From Bugula neritina (Eukaryota > Animalia > Bryozoa), in assembly GCA_964035545.1 (NCBI GenBank), contig OZ037773.1:8709751-8773750 (forward strand): a DNA stretch of 64,000 nt, given 5' to 3'. The first letter of the stretch is position 1; each line of letters starts with the position of its first letter. Both the position numbers and the translations under genes were made by a program. The notes under the pieces were generated by a model. It worked only from the letters and a program-made list of their open reading frames with translations. It did no database searches and was not told where the DNA came from. This document shows, piece by piece, positions 56,201-64,000 of the stretch.

Positions 56201-57234
56201 ACAATGACCCCTTCTCACACTCTCTATGACTCATAGTTTACCTTTAATTGTAGACATCATCATGTTTAAGTTATGTCTGTATCCATACGATGAGAATATG
56301 TTGGAAAATGTAGAACTCCCAGTTTTTTCAATTTTCACATAAACAAAGTGGTCTTGTCTGGGACCAGATGGAGTAATTATACTTTTGGCTATTACTCTTT
56401 TAGAATTCTTTGAAGGAATGTTATTTGTTAGCAACTGAAAAACAAAAATAAAGTATTCTAAAGGCACAAAATTTGAAACATACTAAATGCATGTAGTGGC
56501 TACAAATATACACTTAACTATAACATATAGCTCATATTCAATATATTCAAACTTCAAAAGGCTTTGATATTGTTGGTATCAAAAATTATTTCTCCTGAAC
56601 AGTTTTAATTTATTTAGCTTTTACATTAAGCATGAGTTTAGTAAAGTTTCCAACTGCAATAGTTTTAGCGTTTGGAGCTACTAAACAAAAACTGCTAATT
56701 CCAAAGATGAAGTTTTTGACTTTCAGCTATGGAAAGAATTTCTTTTAGTTTCTTCATTAAACTTTATAACCACTTCTGGCAAGTCTACTATAAAAGAAGT
56801 TTATAAAATTATTGCTGTTTTGTATTAAGTAATTATTTAATTACACAATAGTAATCTATTACAGCTTAAGAAAGTTCAAAATGTCAGATTTTAAACATAA
56901 TAATCACTTGTTCATTATGTTATAGAAAAAAAAATTTCATTAAAAAAAACCTTTGCTCTGGCAAAACACCTATTTAATAATTCTGTTTACATGTGTTTAG
57001 GTTTTGGAGTGTTGATGGGTAATTGCTAACTGGCTGAATAAAACACAAACATCAAAAACATGCATACAATTTATAATATACTATTATGTACTATACTATA
57101 GTATAACTTACTTCTGGTAATTTAGGACCATTGCCATGTTGGATAACCAACAGGTAACATACAATGAACACTCCGAAGATGATGATCACCCTGGATGGAT
57201 GCCGAAAAAAAGTCAGAAATATATTGTTCTTCAT
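51699..57234 (-). CDS. Galactose-3-O-sulfotransferase (GAL3ST family), ~400 aa; exons 57234-57112, 56434-56242, 55115-54905, 54594-54485, 53773-53627, 52941-52766, 52359-52233, 51814-51699
   Basis: Type II membrane anchor, 5'-PSB-like [68 protein letters not shown] and [16 protein letters not shown]. The exons sum to 1203 nt in frame. Confidence 0.9.
52968..53272. repeat. Degenerate (GT/CA)n microsatellite in a GAL3ST intron
   Basis: gtgtgcgt/gtgcatgt tract. It explains the HT/VC-repeat ORFs. Confidence 0.95.
54372..54498 (-). repeat. ~28-bp degenerate repeat duplicating the GAL3ST exon-4 donor junction
   Basis: cttcagtggctag|gtgaga recurs in 4-5 progressively degenerate copies. Confidence 0.8.
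54603..54697. repeat. 29-bp repeat x3 abutting the GAL3ST exon-4 acceptor
   Basis: agacatgctgatactacacaacactagct units. Confidence 0.85.
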
Positions 57235-58080
57235 TTCTAAAACAAAAAGTAAAAATCATGTCCATTTTTATAAATCCACACCTATTGAGGTAGGTGCAGC
57301 GAGGGAGAAATTGAGAAAAGCCTGTGTTCTAGATTAAAAATGTAGCAAGAGGAGTTATGCCCTTGCAAGAATTTCAACCCCCCCCAAACATAAAATTTAA
57401 TAATAAAATCAAGAGACTTAAGCCATTTCAATTTCTTTGCTACTGCTAAATGCACTTACTAGCAAAAGCAGCTACTTTTCAGCAAGCTACAAGTCTTTTT
57501 CAATGACCGGGACAGCTTAAAAGTGGACAAGTGTTTTTGCTATAAAAATTAAAACTATAAATTATGAGTCTAAATTATAAGTTAGTGTTGTAAATCAGAG
57601 TATAAGTTAAATGCAGGTAATATAAATTGTACCGAAAGTAAGTAACATAAGTGCTGTAAATGTATAAGTGCTGTGAATATAATCAACAAAATATTACAAA
57701 AAGAAGGAATGCATAGTAGGAATGCAATATAACTTGCAGTTTGGTATCAACGTGCTTAAATACTTTGTAAATTAAATCTGGTTTAGTTTAAGATAATATG
57801 GACAATTGATGTACCATTCTATAATAAATGTTTTAATATTATATTAAACTAGTAACACACATACTAATGCCAAACTTATGTGCTAAACAGCAAACACATT
57901 GACCATTTATTTGAATTAACTCATCACAAGTTCTCATGTAAACATGACTGTTTTGATATCTTGTGAATCAAATAGCTAAGCATAATTTTAATTAGGTTTT
58001 TAGTTTGTGAAAATGTAAACTGCACAAAATTAAACCTGAACCTGCTATCTAAGATTTCAGTCAAAATGTATTCAACTTAC

Positions 58081-58200
58081 CTTTAAGTTGTTGTACTCTG
58101 GCTACAATAAGTAACGCTGGCTACAGTAAGTAACACTGACAAAAGTAAGTGATGCTGAATACAGTAAGTAACGCTGACTAGAGTAGGCAACGCTGACTGT
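58081..58200 (-). other. Probable non-coding first exon of the GAL3ST gene, containing a ~19-20-bp degenerate repeat
   Basis: AAG|GTAAGT donor at 58081/58080. The GAL3ST ATG is 2 nt after an acceptor. Repeat units resemble gctacagtaagtaacgctg. Confidence 0.45.
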
Positions 58201-58979
58201 AGTTGGTAAGGTACTAACAGCTAAGAGCATTCAATCCAAGGTAAATATTATGTAGTCGGTATGGATTGAGCAACTAGACTTCAAATATACAACAGAAATA
58301 TAAAACCAAATCAATATGGTGCTTTAATAGGCAAAGCAAACATTGATAGGCAAAAGCTTCAATAGCCTCTTATAACTAGCTGGTATTAACCTGTAATGAT
58401 ATGTTTTAAGAAGAGAGAGAATTTTGTGTGAAGAATCAATTAGAGAGTAGAGATTAGAATAAATGATTTCTAAAAGAACGCTGCTTCATACCATCCAAGT
58501 AACTTATTTGATTACGTCACGAATGTATGGTGTGAAAACTATAAGACATATCATTTATGAGGTAAAAAAGACATGCAGATTACATGGAGACAAGCTTGAA
58601 GTTGTTTAGAGTTTTATTTTCAATGCATATAAAACGGCACAGCAAAAAATAGAGTTTTCTAAGTTTTAAAGTTATCACTTCATATATTTATATATTTTAA
58701 GCAACCTATTTGAGCTTATCTAAATATATTATAAGTATAAAAGCAACACATACACATAAAGAAGTTCATAAAAATATATGCAATATAAAGCATTTTCTAC
58801 AAGCTATTTTCCTGAAAAAATTCTCCCAAGTTCATAAGCTCAAACAAAACTGCTAGCCCTATCATTGAAACTGTGACATAACGAAGTGAATTTATTTTTT
58901 ATTTGAACTATTTGAACCTGTTTATAAATATTCCCCCCCCCAGCCACTGCAGTTTTTGTTATTATATATGCAATGATGT

Positions 58980-60201
58980 CTAAACATTGTCTAGATCGGC
59001 CATTGCTGAGCTCAAGCTACCAACGAGGTCTTTATACTTCTGCTCCATTTCTGTTACTGTCTTTTCAAGGTTTTCATTCTCCATTCTCATTTTATTCACC
59101 TAAAAATGAAGATATAGATTATTTTTAGATATTCCACATGAGTAGAAAACTCCCAAAGCCAACACTGGCCAGTATTATCATAGTGAAGATGACTCTAAAT
59201 AGTAATACAAGTGGCTGAGCAACTTTAATTAATAATGATTTCAAAAACCCTAAAGTTTTATTCGAAAAATAGTCTAAAGAAATTTGCATTCAAAGAATAA
59301 GTTGTTTTAAAGATATGATGTCATGGTACCTACAACTGGCATTAAACGCTAATTTATAAAATATTTAAAACTTTTAATTGTAACATAATACAATATAGCA
59401 TAATATAATATATTTTTTAATGAAATTGAACAATTAAATATATTATATAAGATTGATTTGATATATTACAATACGTAATATAATATTATTCTAATCAAAG
59501 ACAATGTAGTATCTTATAATATGATACAGCCTAATGTAATATAATATAATATATTATAACAAATACTAAAACATATAATATCATGATTTGTGATATAATA
59601 ACATATGCTAATATGGTTTAGAAGTTGCTCAAATTTGACCAAGTCACTCAGTAAGTAATGAAAGCTTAACGCTATTACATAAAAAATAATAATTTATCCA
59701 CAGATAAGCAGCTTAAAATAGATCTCAGGAACATGTATAGTTACATAATTATAAAATGAACAAGGTTTTTAATACTTTATTAGATAACATGCTGTTTGAA
59801 ATTTATATAATGATTTCTAAAATAGTTTGAGCAAGAATGAATAACTAGCCTCTCTTTCAAGTTCACTTGACTTATTTTCTTCAGCCTCTAACTTTTCTTT
59901 GAGCTCTTTGATGTTTTCCTCTAGAGCTCCTTGTGTTGTGAAAGCATCGCCTTCCACTTGCTGCAGCTGAAAGTACAAGAGAAACTTGTCAGCAACATTG
60001 ATGTCTTCATTGTAGGCGTGATATACACAGAAGCGCACACAGACAAACAGACAGATGCACACTCTATTAGATTTATATTTTACCTTCCTTTCCACTTCCT
60101 CTCGTTTAGTTGTCTCCCCTTCCAAAGCTTCTGATTTGTCTTTAAGAGTTTGTTCCAGCTGTTCAGCTCTGTCAGCAGCATCTGATGCATCGTTCTTGAG
60201 T
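58980..60201 (-). CDS. 3' exons of a divergent tropomyosin-like coiled-coil protein; exons 60201-60084, 59966-59850, 59099-58980; upstream exons not located
   Basis: LKNDASDAADRAEQLEQ..EENIKELKEKLEAEENKSSELEREVNKMRMENENLEKTVTEMEQKYKDLVGSLSSAMADLDNV* aligns without gaps to the tropomyosin C-terminus (AEFAERSVAKL..DLE..KYK..L..A..D). Confidence 0.75.
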
Positions 60202-63200
60202 CTAAATAATATTCAGTTAATATTACATGATAATTAGTTCATAATACATAGTAAATAGTTTATATTACATAATAACAGTAAACCAGTAAACAGTAAACTT
60301 TAAATGCTGTTTGATTCCTAAGTTAGTGCAATTTCATATGAAATATAACTTCAATAGTGAATGTGTGTCAACTAGGTAAATCTATCACTAAATGTAAGAG
60401 CATAATACAAATAATATAACATAATTTAGCATAAAACTTATAGTGTTTCTACAAATGCTTTAGTCAGCTAATAAAACATACTTTGATATTTTATTTCTAA
60501 CGGCATCAAAGTCGACGTTACATGTTTCTGCCATGTTTGCCTTCAGTCCTGTGTATTAGGTATAAGTCCTGTCAGCGTGCAGCTACTAGTTAGGATCTCT
60601 ACAGTACACCCTGTGTAGTACAGCACTCTGCCCAGATATTGCCTAAATCTAACAAACTTTAAGCTTAAATTGAATGGGAGGCTAATTAGTCTCCAGCTAT
60701 ACAGCACATGAATAGATCTTAAGCTATTATTATGTGCTAGTAAATTTCTAATTATATTCCGAAGCAATCTTTCAAAGGGGTATAAAAGGCCACCCTGAGA
60801 TGATGCGTTAGGATCACTCTAGGATCTCAAACTATGCGGCTTTGTGACCTTTAGCTGGTATTAATTAGCTCAGAAGATGGTAATTAATTACATGTATTAT
60901 GCTGTAAAGCTACCTGGTAATGGACTATATAATTAGTTTAACTATTAGCCCAGTGACTTAATTACCATTTGGGCTTTCCTGCCTTGCCTCATACTCCTGC
61001 TTATTTAGAAATACTCACTGCAAAGCTATGAGTATTGTGTATGGTCTATTTATATCTTCTATTAGCATAATTTAGAAGTGAAAAAATGCAGAAATCAAAG
61101 AACTACATCTGCAGCTATACCGTGCAAATACTCTGCACTGTTCATAAATAAAGTACACTGGCTTTCAGAGTGATTGTAAACTGCGTATGAGTTTGCTAAA
61201 AGCACCATTGGGGAACTAATCACTGAAAGTATGCAATGAAGCTATATTGTGGTTGCTTGTACTAGTATATAGTAGCACATGCTGTAGAAATATTGATGAT
61301 AAAAAAATATTATTCAGATATAAAATTAGCAAAAATGATCAGGTCTTTGGTTCCTTTCATATGCTCAACTTTTATCTTTTTATGTTTATACTTTTCTACT
61401 TTAATATAAAGTTGAAACTGTTATTTCATATAAAATACTTATAATCATTTATAACTATAGTAAAATTGTCTTTGGGTAGTTTTTAACTATACATTATAAA
61501 TAAAAATAAGATAACTCTAAACAACAAATCTGCAAGGCTAGAAAGCAAAATAAATATGTAATTGCTAAAACATATTCAGTTATTGCATTGGTCCAATAAA
61601 AAGTTATGATTTTAGAGTTAAAATTTAGACAGATAGCTTTCTTCTGTTTGTTAAATAAATATAATTGCTGTAACATCATTTAGAGTTATGCTCTCTTGAT
61701 TCCATTGTGCCCAACTCATATCTTAGCTACTTGAGGATTTTATGCAGAAACTTCAAAGCACAAAGTTAAAAGCAACAAAAATAAAAGCATTGCGCAGATA
61801 GACCATCAGTAAGGACAGAAGATGGCTGTACCAAATGGTGTTCTAAGTGCCCATAAAATATGCTATTACCACCTTCAGGTAGGCAGTTAGCTCTATCAAG
61901 ATTCTATTATATGTGAAACATTACTTGTAATTTGTGGGCACATTGATTGAAGATATGAGCTATAAATTACAATAAGTAGGCTGAAGTTATGGGAACTGAC
62001 TGCTAAAGAAACCCGTTAAATATCTTTATATCTGCAAATTTGTTGTAAAAGGGGTAAACAAATTTTAGTTAAAGCTATGATTTGAAGAGAGTAGTGGTGA
62101 TTTAGTGGTAGGAGTACTGTCCTAGTAAACACAAGGTCAATGGTTTGGGTCTAAACACAGCGGTGATGTTAGCAAGAGCATCCAGTCATAACTGCTTTTG
62201 TGCCACATTAAAAAAAGTTCTTGGCCAGCTTTAAAAAGTCCTTTTCATGGGCGGTTCTTACAGAGATAGTGGCTATTAGTTTAGTGAGATTTTTATAATT
62301 TGAAAGAAAAACTATTATCAAAAAATACCAAAGCTTCAATTTAGAAAGCAATGTGCATTGAAAAAGCAAAAGCCTAAAACTGCATGGTTGTAATTTAGCA
62401 CATTTTGGTGTATTTGACTTACAGAACTTCAAATTTATTATGATGTTTATACAGTGCAGTCACTGGCCACCTATAAATGATAATTTAGCTGGAAACTTTA
62501 AAAAGTTAATCATCTACACTTTTGAAACTCTTGATGAAACTGTAGAAGTTTACATTTGATCAAAATGAAGCTTTTGATTAGTCTTTGTTTTATATTAACT
62601 TTGACAACCATAACGCAGTAGCCTGCGGGCTAATGAAGTTTGTTATAAAACAATTATTGCTGTAGTGTGGATAAAAATGTCACAAATTATGAAATCATTT
62701 TTTTAAACTAAACTACTGCTGCTGCTACTGTTGCTGCTGCTGCTAGCTACTACTGTTGATGTAAGATTCTGGTTAAACCTGAGCCCAATGTAAATTATAT
62801 ATTCTACATACACACAGGGTGCAAAACACTATGCTAAATAAAACCAACAGGCTCATAGTGACATAAAAAGCAGATTGCTGTTAGCTTCAGATATATAGCT
62901 TTAGAGTTGTCTTTCTATGGTATATGAGATATTTTATGTTATCAGTATAATTAGTGATATTTGTAAATTCTTGGCTAAAAAAGAATGGAAATTATTCTTT
63001 TGTGCTAATGTTGCTAAAAGTATATTTAAAATCAAAAAAGAAATATAAAATAAAAAAATTTAAACAGCATTAAAGAATGTATATATCAATATTGTGTTAA
63101 ACTATTTGACTGCATTTACTAAATTTGCTATCTAATAAATTAATTTTATGAATGACTACTACGCAATGCTAATGTTTTACTTTTCTCTTTGATAATACAA

Positions 63201-64000
63201 GTTGGATCTTTAAATATAAATTATTATTTCATGGTTAATAGTGACTGAAGAAAATATATCATATAAACTTTGATTACTCTACTGTGACTTGCATATTAAT
63301 ATATAATTTAAGATGCTACAGCAGCTACTGACCTGTCTAACATGCACCATGTTTGTTGTAGGAGCTCTGTAACAGTTACATGAGCTTTCCTCTTAAAAAG
63401 CTTTGTAATAATAATTTGTGTAGTGAATAGACCATTTTAAACTACTGTAAAATTACTTTTAAGTAAGTTATTTTAATGGTGCCAAAACAGTCAATTCCAA
63501 ACAGAAGCAGTATTGCAGTTATACTGAAAATGCAAAAGAGAGAGAAGACTTCTTAATTTTGACACTAGGCAGCAAGTGATTTATAGAAATATAGAAATGA
63601 AGGTTAATAGCAGGTGTTTTGACATTTTCTGTGGAGACTATATCTGTTGAGTTTTGGTGACAAGAAAATTCCGGGTGTAAATAGTAAATATAGAGTCAAT
63701 AAAAAGTAATTTATGACAAATCGTGAATAAAAATAAACGCACAGTAAAATAGTTGCATAGTTTAAAACTAGTCTAGGTCTAATTATACTGTAAATATATG
63801 CACGTACACCAGGTGCTCTGTACCAATGTAGTCAGGGGCTAAACCGTTAAACATTACTTCTAATACAATTATAATTACTACATTCTTACCATTGCAACAT
63901 GCTTAAGTGCTGTACCAGAATTCGGAAAAGGAACTGCATTCAGGCTATAAGCTAATGCCTAAGCTTTTAATTAATGGCCAAATAATAATATTTTATTAAC

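Noticed and set aside
60960-61000. Possible upstream tropomyosin exon (EYEARQESPN)
   Set aside because: In that frame it ends in phase 1, whereas the next exon needs phase 2.

Overview
AT-rich, intron-dense genomic DNA from an animal, most likely an invertebrate. The short introns packed with minisatellites recall lophotrochozoan/bryozoan assemblies, but the taxon cannot be established from the sequence. Most ORF-track entries are intronic noise, so genes were rebuilt by hand from splice sites and reading-frame continuity. In order: the 3' part of a small 'RPTGRP' peptide gene (-), a TEX55-like gene (+), GTF2E2 (-), YIPF4 (+), a complete 9-exon secreted His/Pro/Arg/Gly-rich 'RPTGRP' gene with microexons (+, absent from the ORF track), a C-type-lectin-like type I membrane protein (+), a 17-exon TMEM87 gene spanning 27 kb (-), a GAL3ST-family sulfotransferase (-), and the 3' exons of a divergent tropomyosin (-). 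There are two main findings. First, an apparently orphan family of secreted cationic peptides built from duplicated phase-2 'RPTGRP' microexons, with two copies flanking a housekeeping block. Second, many intronic minisatellites are tandem copies of the neighbouring splice signal (acceptor, donor or branch point), giving arrays of decoy or ratchet-like splice sites. Coordinates were counted by hand, and repeat boundaries are approximate.
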